Virus record (IMG/VR): IMGVR_UViG_3300037483_001012
Span: 1 to 64,000 of that record
DNA length: 64,000 nucleotides
From: a virus
Reading direction: 5' to 3' (one strand)
Below the pieces are notes generated by a model. The model searched no databases and had not been told where the DNA came from. It was given only the letters and a program-made list of their open reading frames with translations. Below, piece after piece: positions 17,432 through 26,900 of the stretch. The position numbers and the translations under genes are program-made. Numbering within the stretch: position 1 is the stretch's first letter; each line of letters begins with the position of its first letter.

Positions 17432-17662
17432 CTATTTCCGCGCCGCGCGGCAGGCCCTGATCACATCGCGATCGCCGATGGCGTCGACCACGACCCGGGC
17501 CATCGCGGATCCTTTCGGCACCGTCCTCAGTTCGGCCGCGACCTGCCTTTGAAATGCCGGCGTCCATGTCCGAAGTGGTGGACATTCGACCGTGACACCG
17601 CCGGCGGTCTCGGTGAAGCACTTCATGACGATCAGGCCGATGCACCAGAACCCTCCCGGCAT
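17432..17662 (-). CDS. Putative Rz1/o-spanin-like protein
   Basis: CPPLRTW...RAC pattern; directly follows the i-spanin-like gene. Confidence 0.45.
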   Translation of the reverse strand: MPGGFWCIGLIVMKCFTETAGGVTVECPPLRTWTPAFQRQVAAELRTVPKGSAMARVVVDAIGDRDVIRACRAARK

Positions 17663-17901
17663 CAGGCATCTCCCCGATCAAGGCGTTCCAGCGCGTCGTC
17701 CATGGTCTTCGGCGCATTCGCCAGGGCATCCAGTTCGGCGCCCTTAGCTTTATTGCCCGCAATCGCCTGGTCCCGCTCCGCGGCGAGCTTTCCGGACTCC
17801 CGCAAAGTGCTGGCTGCCCGCATATCGGACAGCCAGCCCTGCAGAAAGCTCACGAGAAACGAGACGGCAAAGCTGCCGAGCGCACTGGTGAGCGATGCCA
17901 T
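17662..17901 (-). CDS. Putative Rz/i-spanin-like protein
   Basis: N-terminal TM and helical domain within the lysis cassette. Confidence 0.45.
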   Translation of the reverse strand: MASLTSALGSFAVSFLVSFLQGWLSDMRAASTLRESGKLAAERDQAIAGNKAKGAELDALANAPKTMDDALERLDRGDA

Positions 17902-17902
17902 G

Positions 17903-18439
17903 TCAGGCGCCGGTCACTGGCGTTGTGGTATTGGCGACCTGCGGCAGTTTCGCCTCGATCATGCGGGCCACGTCAGCTTCGCTGAGACCGAACTTACGCA
18001 GCGCGTCGGGCGCCCCCTTCAACACATAGTTCACGCCGGCCGCTACGGCAGCATTGCCGACGCCAATCGTCTTGCCCTGCAGGGTATTGCCGAGACGGTT
18101 GAGCGCCAACCCGGCGCCATTGGTGATCGCTGTCTGCAGTGCGTCACGGTGACTCGCTTCGATGTCGAGGTTGAACTTGCGGCGCGCAAGTTCCGCCAGC
18201 ACGCCGACGATCATCGCGACGACCGGGCCGAGGACCGCGAGCAGGTACGGCTGCCACGCACCATAGATTCCGCCGACGTCGACCGTCGCCTGAGCGAACG
18301 CTGTGGTCGATGCGATCAACAGACCAATGGTCAGAACCAGACCAAAGCCGATCACCGGCGCGAAGTTGCGATAAGCGACGGGATAAGGCGAGCCAAAGCG
18401 GCTCGCCCAGAGAGCAAGTTTCTTCATGATGAACCTCAT
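17903..18439 (-). CDS. Putative holin
   Basis: Two TM segments; DIEASHRDALQTAITNGAG; position after endolysin. Confidence 0.55.
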   Translation of the reverse strand: MRFIMKKLALWASRFGSPYPVAYRNFAPVIGFGLVLTIGLLIASTTAFAQATVDVGGIYGAWQPYLLAVLGPVVAMIVGVLAELARRKFNLDIEASHRDALQTAITNGAGLALNRLGNTLQGKTIGVGNAAVAAGVNYVLKGAPDALRKFGLSEADVARMIEAKLPQVANTTTPVTGA

Positions 18440-18543
18440 TGGAATTGTCCGGCTTCCGGCCGAACTCCGGGACTTACATAATCGCGACCAACTTGGAGGC
18501 GATCAGCACAATTACGCAGGCACCACCGATTAGAATAAGAAAA

Positions 18544-18861
18544 TCACGGGGAGACATCATCGCGGTACCACCGTAGGTATTTCCATCCATAGCCCCAGCG
18601 CCAAGACGTCGGCAGCAACGGGTGTCCGCCGACGCGGACCGATATCCACATCGCGATCGCGACCAGCACGTAACCGCGACCGGCAACTTTGATCAGAAGA
18701 TTGGCATCTGCCTTGCGCCGCTGCTTCGCCGAGCCGCCCTGCCAGTACGCCTTATCGTGCTCGGTACAGTCGCCTTCCCATGGCGGCTCGGCACTGACGA
18801 AGGTTCGCCAGAACCAACTCATACCGCCGGAACATCCGTCGGTGGTGAATGGATGGTCCAT
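18544..18861 (-). CDS. Small protein with phospholipase A2-like motif
   Basis: TTDGCS...CTEHDKAY...RRKAD..L (CxxHDxxY). Confidence 0.55.
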   Translation of the reverse strand: MDHPFTTDGCSGGMSWFWRTFVSAEPPWEGDCTEHDKAYWQGGSAKQRRKADANLLIKVAGRGYVLVAIAMWISVRVGGHPLLPTSWRWGYGWKYLRWYRDDVSP

Positions 18862-18862
18862 T

Positions 18863-19111
18863 TCAGCACGCGATGAGAATTGTTATGCCGGACACCGCCG
18901 CCAATACCCCGAGCACTGGCGATAAGATAGCAGCGAGGTAAAACACTTGAGCTGTCTCATACAGTTTGTTGCGCTTCATGCTGCGCCCATCTCGAAGAGA
19001 ATGGATGGCCAGCTTGAGCCCGAGTACGAGAAGCACTGGACAGGCGATGAACAGAACGACTGCGGTCACAATCATTGGCATCGTCTGCACCTCAAAGCCT
19101 AGGGCTCGCAT
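18863..19111 (-). CDS. Small two-TM protein (holin candidate)
   Basis: Two hydrophobic helices immediately after endolysin. Confidence 0.45.
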   Translation of the reverse strand: MRALGFEVQTMPMIVTAVVLFIACPVLLVLGLKLAIHSLRDGRSMKRNKLYETAQVFYLAAILSPVLGVLAAVSGITILIAC

Positions 19112-19136
19112 TAAGCAATCCGTCCGGTTATTGCCG

Positions 19137-19982
19137 TCACCGCAGGTCGATATAGCGCCCGGCAACCCATCCAGATTTTCTGCCGACGTCGACCAGCATC
19201 CACAAATCGTCACCGTTATGATCGGTGCTGCGGATATTTACGGTCGCTCCCCGCTTGATCGCGCCAATCAGTTTATTGGAGGCGCCGGGACCGGAGCGCA
19301 TATTGAGCGAACCAACATTGACCACGCCCGTATTATCGGCCGCCTTGTCCGCGGCTTTACCTATTCCGGTGGCGCGGCCGAACACCTTGGCGCGAACGTT
19401 CTCGAGCGGGAACAGCGGTGAGGTATTGATCTTGCGGCCGGGACTGATTTCCCAATGCGTGCCGATGAAGGTCACGCCATAGGTCTCGCGGATCGCCGTG
19501 CAGAGCCCGATGACGGTGTCCACCTGGGCGGCCGTATAGTCGAGCCAGTAGCCCTTGCCGTGCGCCGGCGAATGCGCCTCGCGCACGATATGATTGGCGT
19601 CCGCGGTCACCTTCACCTTCAGCCCGTTGACATATTGCTGCTCGCTAACCTTCTCCAGCTTGCCGGGATTGACGATCTCGTGACCGATGGCAAACCCGTT
19701 AACGTTTGGCCTGCCCCTCCAGTTTGATCGGCCGGCGTGCCATGTCCGGACGTTGAGCGGCGCGAGTTGGGTGATGGTGCCGTCGCGGGCGATGACCGTG
19801 TGGGCGCTCGCCTTGGCCGCCGGATTGCAGAGCCATGCGATAGAGCCGTCCGCCTTCAGACCACCGGCGGTATCATGGAGAATAATGCCCTCCGGCTTCA
19901 GGGCACCCGACTTGTTAGGCGTTTCCTTATAGGCACACGGCTTGCCGTCGACAAAAATACGATGATTGCGAATCTCAATCAT
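19137..19982 (-). CDS. Endolysin: N-acetylmuramoyl-L-alanine amidase plus SH3b domain
   Basis: IILHDTAG...ASAH...WHAG...IGHEIVN...GTHWEISPGRKI; C-terminal LNMRSGPG...GWVAGRY. Confidence 0.9.
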   Translation of the reverse strand: MIEIRNHRIFVDGKPCAYKETPNKSGALKPEGIILHDTAGGLKADGSIAWLCNPAAKASAHTVIARDGTITQLAPLNVRTWHAGRSNWRGRPNVNGFAIGHEIVNPGKLEKVSEQQYVNGLKVKVTADANHIVREAHSPAHGKGYWLDYTAAQVDTVIGLCTAIRETYGVTFIGTHWEISPGRKINTSPLFPLENVRAKVFGRATGIGKAADKAADNTGVVNVGSLNMRSGPGASNKLIGAIKRGATVNIRSTDHNGDDLWMLVDVGRKSGWVAGRYIDLR

Positions 19983-19999
19983 GGTCGATGTTCCTATTG

Positions 20000-20146
20000 T
20001 TACGACCGGCCACGCGCAAAAGTGCGTCGGCCTGGGTGGAGGGAGTATTCGATCACATTATCGGTGCGCGCGTCGTGGATGCCGTGGAACGGGCCGGAAT
20101 AAAGGGCTTGGCCCGCCAACTCACGCTGGATAGTGCTGATGTCCAT
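20000..20146 (-). pseudogene. Remnant of a peptidoglycan-binding-domain gene
   Basis: Strong AGGAG RBS; MDISTIQRELAGQALYSGPFHGI resembles the start of a PG-binding domain; stops at 48 aa. Confidence 0.4.
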
Positions 20147-20280
20147 AGCTTCTCCTCTCGCGTCGAAGGACGCGGCTACAATCGGATTTTGGATTGAGGG
20201 CGTGTTTTAGAGGTTTTCGCTTGTCGGTTGAGCCAATCCTAGATAGAAATACCGGTTACTTCCCCCGGAGGTCGACCAAA

Positions 20281-20850
20281 ATGAAGGTGCTGGTTCTAAG
20301 TCCGTACCCGGACAAAGTCGCCGAAACGATCCGCCGCTGTGGCGACGATGTTTCGATTTTCAATGAAAAAATTGAGAACTTCCCGGCGGAAGTTAATTTT
20401 GTCATTTCATTTGGTTATCGCCACATCCTGAAGGCATCAACGTTGGCCAATCTTGGCAATCGAGTGCTCAACCTTCACACGTCGGCGCTCCCCTGGAATA
20501 AGGGAGCCCATCCAAACTTTTGGTCATGGGTTGACGGCACCCCAAAAGGCGTGACGTTGCATGTCATCGATCAGGGCGTCGATACAGGCCCGATCGTTGC
20601 ACAAGAGATCGTGCCCCTCGATCCGTCTCGCACCTTGGAAGAAACATATTTTGATTTACGGCGCGCTGCCGAGATGCTGTTTGACCGAAGCTGGCCTTTC
20701 GTCAGAACCAGTAGGTTTGAAACATTTGCGCAGGCAAAGACTGGCCACCTGCACAAATCGAAATCAATACCGCGCAACATTGATTACAAAACGCCGGCAT
20801 GCGAGATATCTCGTGACTTCGGCTCGCTTTCCGGCGATGTCTTTGCTTAG
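20281..20850 (+). CDS. Formyltransferase (Fmt-like N-terminal domain); counter-oriented moron
   Basis: ISFGYRHIL...LNLHTSALPWNKGAHP...GVTLHVIDQGVDTGPIVAQ; GGAGG RBS. Confidence 0.88.
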   Translation: MKVLVLSPYPDKVAETIRRCGDDVSIFNEKIENFPAEVNFVISFGYRHILKASTLANLGNRVLNLHTSALPWNKGAHPNFWSWVDGTPKGVTLHVIDQGVDTGPIVAQEIVPLDPSRTLEETYFDLRRAAEMLFDRSWPFVRTSRFETFAQAKTGHLHKSKSIPRNIDYKTPACEISRDFGSLSGDVFA

Positions 20851-20862
20851 GTGCAGGAAGAA

Positions 20863-22599
20863 CTAAAGGTTGTCCTCCCACCCTACCGCTTTGACTGAGC
20901 ACGCTGAGTCACTCCCATAGTAAGCCATCGTCGTTCCTTCAACCGTCATGGTGCTGACAAGAGCAAGAGCGATGCCGGTCGATGTCATTCTTACAAGCTG
21001 GTTCGCATTTGTGACGTTACTCGGCCCAATCTGACAGACATCATTGGCACCAATGAACTGCACGCTAATGCGCGACGCGCTTGGCGGTGTGACGTTTGCA
21101 ATCGACACTGATGTAAATGTCGAGGACGTCGTCCCCGTTGCAATAGCGGGGTAGACCGTGGTGTTTGTGGCCGGGGTTACCGTATATTGCGCGCTGCGCC
21201 CGTACTGTAGCGTCCGCATCCACCGCGCCGTCGCCGCGCCATCGGTTCGGGCGTAGCCGACGCGCATGCAAAACGTGTAGCCAGATGGATTGGTCCCGGC
21301 CGCGAGCAACGCGGCGCAAGACGGATGGAGCGAATACAACCCACCCGAGACGCCAGTAGTCGGGTTGTAGAACACATAAACGGCGTACCAAGTGATCGTG
21401 TTATTGACGATTGTTCCGGTGTCTAGCCCGTTAATGCCAGATGCCGTCATGACCGGCGAGACCGATACGCCGGTCAGCCGCACTGCGGCGCCGGCGGCGT
21501 CCTCAAGCGTCAACGCATTGGCGGTAATGTCCATTGTCGTCGTTGGCGCACCGGTATTGTTTACGATCTTGAGAGCCTTGAACGCCCCAGCGATCGTGCG
21601 GTTCGTGATCAGGTTGAGCGGCCGCCAGACGTTCGTCGTCCCGTCGTAGCGGAACTGCTGCGTCGCTCCCGGCGTCAACGAGATCGGGAAAGGCATGTCG
21701 AAGCGATTAGCCGCCGACGAGCTGGCGTGGTTGGCGCCAATGGTCAGCGTATCGACGGCGTCGATATTCGCGATCGTAATTTGCCGGCCGGCGGCGCCTC
21801 CGGTTAGGCCGGTCAGGATCTGGCTCCCGGTCAGCGTTACCCGGATCGTCTCTACACCGACAAGCCCGGTCGGCGCCCAGTTGTCGGTTTGCGCCGCAAG
21901 CGCCGTTGGCGAGATCGTGCCGGAGTAAGTAACCGCACTGGTGAAATTCGCGCTAAAGTCGATAGCTGTTCCATCGGCTCTCTGGTAGCCGAAAATAGCC
22001 CAGTTTCCGCCGCCGATATGCCTGGCCCAAGCATAATCGCCAGCCTGCGTGGTGATGTCGTTTGCACCAGGCAAGATCAACGAAGTGGCATTATATGTGA
22101 GCGGAGCAATGCCGGAGAAGGAAATAACCTTTAACTCGTTGGGCTGACAATTATTGGAGAAAGAAGAGATCGTTGCCGTTCCCGTGATCATCACTACCGA
22201 CTGAGGAACACTACAGAGATCGACGGTTGCCGCACTGGTTAACGACGCACTGGCTCCGCCGCCAATAATCGGCGTCCAAATGTGGTTTACGGCATCTATA
22301 GCGCCGATGGTAAGCCACGACGCTCCGTCAAAAACCTTACGGCGAGTGGGCGTTGTTGAGCTATCGTCCCAGCACTGGCCAACAGCAGGCAATGAGTCTG
22401 TGGCGTTCGATGGCGCCGAAGCGCCACTATTGCAAGTTACCAATGCCGCCAGAGCTGCGCTGATATTGGTGGAGAATGTCAGGCCACTGATCGTGCCAGT
22501 GGTCGGCATGACCAGCGACCCCTGTGAGGCCTGTGCGCCGCCGCCGCCAAGCAGCGCTATAGCAAAAAGGGCATGGTAAACCGTCCGACGAATGGTCAT
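20863..22599 (-). CDS. Putative tail fibre/spike protein with signal-like leader
   Basis: T/G/S/A-rich; N-terminal domain homologous to that of 23918-27727; ends VGWEDNL. Confidence 0.75.
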   Translation of the reverse strand: MTIRRTVYHALFAIALLGGGGAQASQGSLVMPTTGTISGLTFSTNISAALAALVTCNSGASAPSNATDSLPAVGQCWDDSSTTPTRRKVFDGASWLTIGAIDAVNHIWTPIIGGGASASLTSAATVDLCSVPQSVVMITGTATISSFSNNCQPNELKVISFSGIAPLTYNATSLILPGANDITTQAGDYAWARHIGGGNWAIFGYQRADGTAIDFSANFTSAVTYSGTISPTALAAQTDNWAPTGLVGVETIRVTLTGSQILTGLTGGAAGRQITIANIDAVDTLTIGANHASSSAANRFDMPFPISLTPGATQQFRYDGTTNVWRPLNLITNRTIAGAFKALKIVNNTGAPTTTMDITANALTLEDAAGAAVRLTGVSVSPVMTASGINGLDTGTIVNNTITWYAVYVFYNPTTGVSGGLYSLHPSCAALLAAGTNPSGYTFCMRVGYARTDGAATARWMRTLQYGRSAQYTVTPATNTTVYPAIATGTTSSTFTSVSIANVTPPSASRISVQFIGANDVCQIGPSNVTNANQLVRMTSTGIALALVSTMTVEGTTMAYYGSDSACSVKAVGWEDNL

Positions 22600-22668
22600 C
22601 GGGTGCTCCTATTCTGATTCTCTAAAGAGGGATGCCTTTGCGGCGGGTAAGTTTTTTAGGCTGAGTTT

Positions 22669-23505
22669 TTAGATCGGTTGGAACGATGCGGCCACGCCAC
22701 ACTGATTGGCCGTGGCGTTTGCCGTGGCTGTGACGGCGAGCGGTGACGACCCGGCAGCCGTAGCATTTCCCGCCGCCGACAACGTATAGACCGCGCCAGC
22801 CCGATCGGAACCAAGCTTGGTCGCATTGGCCCATGTTACTGAACCAGTATTTTTGCTGGTGGCGGCTGCGGCAATAACGGCCCCGTTGTTGACGGTGTTT
22901 ACGCTTACGGCCAGCGGAGTCGTACCGCTCGCGGCCCCGGCAGAGGCAGTCGCAAACGCTGTCGGATTTGCGCCCAACAGATTGACGACGCTAATCGCAA
23001 GGCCTCGCCCAGCATTTAGCGAGGTCGATAGATTGACCGCTACTGTTGCCGAGGTTGCGCTGACCCCGGTAAATGACCATATGGCGCAGCCAGTCCAATC
23101 GGCCGGGGAGCCGCCGTCAGACTGGTATTTGGTGACGACCGACGACGCACTTCCAGACCCGAGGGAGATGCTGCTAATTGTCGCGGCCGCTTGGTTCGTC
23201 GTAAACATCGCAGTCACGACGACGACACGGTTTGTACCGTTCGATCCTAAAGAAGTCCCGGCAAAATTTACTGTCGGACCACCGCCGGTATCAGCCGCCG
23301 GGTTGGCTGGATTATCGAACGTGATGGTCGGGTGGAATGGATTTATATCACGTTGCGATAGCTTCCTGGCCGATAGCCACCCCCGTGACGGATTGGTGTC
23401 CGAGTACGATAGCGCCGTTTGATCAATTACATTTTTGGGCAGCGCCATTGCGCCGAACAGTAGAACAATCGCGCAAACAGCAACTTTTAATGCGTTTCCC
23501 ATCAT
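22669..23505 (-). CDS. Beta-rich tail-region protein with signal-like leader
   Basis: S/T/A/G-rich; position among fibre genes. Confidence 0.65.
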   Translation of the reverse strand: MMGNALKVAVCAIVLLFGAMALPKNVIDQTALSYSDTNPSRGWLSARKLSQRDINPFHPTITFDNPANPAADTGGGPTVNFAGTSLGSNGTNRVVVVTAMFTTNQAAATISSISLGSGSASSVVTKYQSDGGSPADWTGCAIWSFTGVSATSATVAVNLSTSLNAGRGLAISVVNLLGANPTAFATASAGAASGTTPLAVSVNTVNNGAVIAAAATSKNTGSVTWANATKLGSDRAGAVYTLSAAGNATAAGSSPLAVTATANATANQCGVAASFQPI

Positions 23506-23507
23506 GT

Positions 23508-23909
23508 TTATTGAACCTCAGATCCAAAGGCGTTGAAGGACAGCGACGTGCTGCTCGCATAGACTCGAATACAGTCCGTGGTTGCAAGCGTGACGCCGAT
23601 GGTGAGGATAATGGAATCGTTAGCTGGGACCGCGGTGTCATACGCGATGTAATGCTTTGGATCCACCGTCGCACAGGCCGGCTGGATAGAGACCCGGAAG
23701 GTTCCGGTCGTGCCAACTTGGTTTGCAATAACGATGGTAGAAACCACGGTCGACGTCGACGCCGGCACCGTATAAAGCGTGCTCAGCGTCGTGGCCGCCG
23801 GGTTGAGCTGGCCAAGGACCTTTAAGGTCTCGGTAGCCGACACTGGAATAGCAAGACACGTACAAACCAGCGCCGCGGCGAATATTCTTAGTGCTTTCTT
23901 GAATCGCAT
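23508..23909 (-). CDS. Small virion-type protein with signal-like leader
   Basis: KVLGQLNPAATTLSTLYTVPAST...FNAFGSE; GAGGA RBS. Confidence 0.7.
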   Translation of the reverse strand: MRFKKALRIFAAALVCTCLAIPVSATETLKVLGQLNPAATTLSTLYTVPASTSTVVSTIVIANQVGTTGTFRVSIQPACATVDPKHYIAYDTAVPANDSIILTIGVTLATTDCIRVYASSTSLSFNAFGSEVQ

Positions 23910-23917
23910 GGTGTTCC

Positions 23918-26900
23918 TCACAATGGGAGCATGAATTGACGGGCGTAGTTGGCCTTGATGGTGCCGCTGGTGGTGATATTGCCGCCGCTCAGTCCATCGG
24001 CCGCGGTGATCTGTGTCACCGTACCGCTGCCGCCACCGCCAGCCCCAGCCGGCATGAACGTCCAGCGCGATACGCCATCGGACCAGAAGATTCCGGCACC
24101 GTACTGCGCAGCGACGGCCACAACCGAAGAACCGCCATTGATCGTGTCCGCTCCCGCGCGCTGCAGCGTAATTGTGTTGGTTCCTGACGCGACGCCGCGG
24201 AAATCAGTCAGATAAAACACCTGGCCAGCGTTCACCGCGTTCGCGGCCGGCAGGGTGTCCGTGCGTGGCGCACTCAGCGCGGTGTGGTAATAGCAACGAT
24301 CGGCGGCAGCGATCGTGCCGTTGGCGTCGCCAGTAGAATTGCAGGAGTCAATGTTAAGGCCGGAAGAACCTCGCCCGGTAGCCGCAGAAAGTGTAGCGCC
24401 GAGTGATACCGAAGTGCTGCCGATCGTCACGCTGGAATTCGTCAGCGATGCGTTCGCGATGGCCGAAAGAGTATTGGTCGCGCCGCTTATAGATTTGTTT
24501 GTCAGCGTGTCGGTCGTGGCGCGACCAACATACGTGTCTGTGCCTTGAAACGTTATTGTGGTCGCATCGGTGCCGGCGAACGTCAGGCTGGCATTGGCGG
24601 TGAGCGTCTTGCCGTTGGCTATCGTCAGCGTCGCCGAGGTGGCCGGGGCTGTGATGGCGACCTTATTGATAGACGTGGCCGCGGCAACGCCGAGCGTCGG
24701 CGTAACCAGAGACGGAGACGTGGCAAATACCGCAAGCCCACTGCCGGTCTCGTCAGAGAGGACACCGGCAAGTTGTGAGGAAGTCGTTGCGGCGAAAACC
24801 GACAGATTATTTGCGACATAGGCAACCGTGCCGCCGCCGCCGAACGCTACGGTGCTCAGATCGGTGCCAGTAAGCGTCAGTGTGTTGCTGACCGTGAAGG
24901 TCTTGCCATCAGCGACGGCCAGCGTCGAGGCGGCCGCCGGAGCCGTAATCGCCATTTTGTTGACGGAAGTAGCGGTAGCCGCTCCGAGCGTCGGCGTTAC
25001 GAACGTCGGTGAAGTGGCTCGCGCCATCGCGCCAGTGCCGGTGTTGGCCGTAACAGCAACACCCGCGATCGAGAGCGAATTACCAGTACCGGCCGTATCG
25101 AACGTCTTGTTTGTGAGGATGTCGGTCGTGGCCTTGCCGACCAGAGTGTCGGTCGACGTTGGCAATGTCAGCGTGCCGGTATTCGATATCGTCGCAATGA
25201 TCGGAGCGGTTAGCGTTTTATTGGTAAAAGTCTCCGCACCGGCGAGCGTCGCCAAGGTGCCCGCGGTAGGCAGTGTGACCGAAGTAATGCCGGTCGCGTT
25301 CAGTGTGGTCGAGAATGCACCAGAGGTGACGAGCGGCCCGGCGGTTGTAAAATTTCCACCAAGATTCATAGACCGAGCCGCATCATTCAGGATGATGGTA
25401 AGGGCTCGGTCCGCGGTCAGAACCTCGGTCGCCGCGAGCTTGATATCGAATGCTGCGCCAGTCGATCTAAGGCCGAATGACGTGATCGCTGTGTGCGTGC
25501 CTCCATCCACAGTCGGTGCGGTGAGCGTCTTATTCGTCAAAGTGTCGGTGGTGGTCCTGCCGACGTAGGTGTCGGTGCCCTGGAAGGTGATGGTCGTCGC
25601 GTCAACACCGGCCAACGTGAGCGAGTTGCTCGCGGTCAGCGTTTTTAAACTCGCGATCGTCAATGTTCCGGTGGAGGAAGTAACCGAAAGACCGTTGATG
25701 GTCTTATTGGTCAATGCTTCAGAACCGGCAAGCGTCGCCAAGGTCCCAGTTATGGGAAGTGTGACGTTCGTCGACCCTGCGGCCGTCAGCGTCAATGGGA
25801 AGGCCCCGGCGGTCGAGAGCGCACCGGCCGTCGTCAGGTCGCCTGCCAGGTTGATCGTTCTGGCCGCATCGTTCACGACAAAGCTCAGCGCGCGGTCAGC
25901 AGTCAAAATTTCGCTGGTGGCCAAGGTGAGATCGAACGCGGCGCCAGTCGATCTGATTCCCAGGCCGGTCAACGCAGTGTGTGTTCCGCCAGCGATTGTC
26001 GGGCCCGTAAGCGTCTTGTTAGTGAGGGTGTCCGTCGTGCCGCGACCGACATAGGTATCGGTACCTTGAAACGTCAATGTGGTTCCGTCGACGCCAGCCA
26101 AGGTCAAACTGTTGCTTGCCGTCAGCGTCTTACCGCTAGCTATGGTCAGCGTCCCGGTCGTCGCCGTGATAGTCAGACCATTGATGCTGGTGGCCGTCGC
26201 AACGCCGAGCGATGGTGTGGTCATCATCGGGCTGGTGAGCGTTTTGTTGGTCAGCGTCTCGGTACCGGCCAAGGTCGCGAGAGTCCCTGTCACCGGCAAG
26301 GTGACATTGGTCGACCCGGTCGTGGTCAATGTCAGCGCATTGGCTCCGCTCGTCGAAAATGCGGCAGCGGTTGTTATGTCGCCACCCATATTGAGCGTGC
26401 GGGCCGCGTCATTGACCGTGACTGTGAGAGTTCGGCCGACTGTCAGGTTCTCGGAATTCGCCAGCGTGAGGTCAAAGGCCCCGGTCCCGCCGGATCTAAT
26501 GCCAAGCGACGTGATGGCCGTGTGGGTTCCGCCGTTAATGGTCGGCGCGGTCAGCGTCTTCGACGTCAGCGTCTGGGTGGCGCCGAGGGTGACCACCGTG
26601 TCGGATGAGCCCGGGAAGGCGAAGCTCGTCCCGTCCGTTCCTGTGAACGTCAGGGTATTGCTGGCGGTCAGCGTCTTGAGATTGGCGATCGTGAGTGTGC
26701 CGGTGCTCGAGGTGATCGTCAGGCCGTTGATAGAGGTGGCCGTGGCCGCGCCCAAGGACGGCGTCGTGAATGCCGGCGAGACGGCGCGCGCCACGGCGCC
26801 GGTGCCGGTGTTCGCTGTAACCGCGAGCCCATCGATCAGCAGGCTATTGCCGGTGGCCGCGGTATCTAATGTCTTGTTCGTAAAGACGTCAGTGGTCGCT

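Noticed and set aside
18439-18452. TTGGAATTGTCCGG resembling the hairpin motif
   Set aside because: On the strand opposite the local gene with wrong spacing to any SD; probably chance
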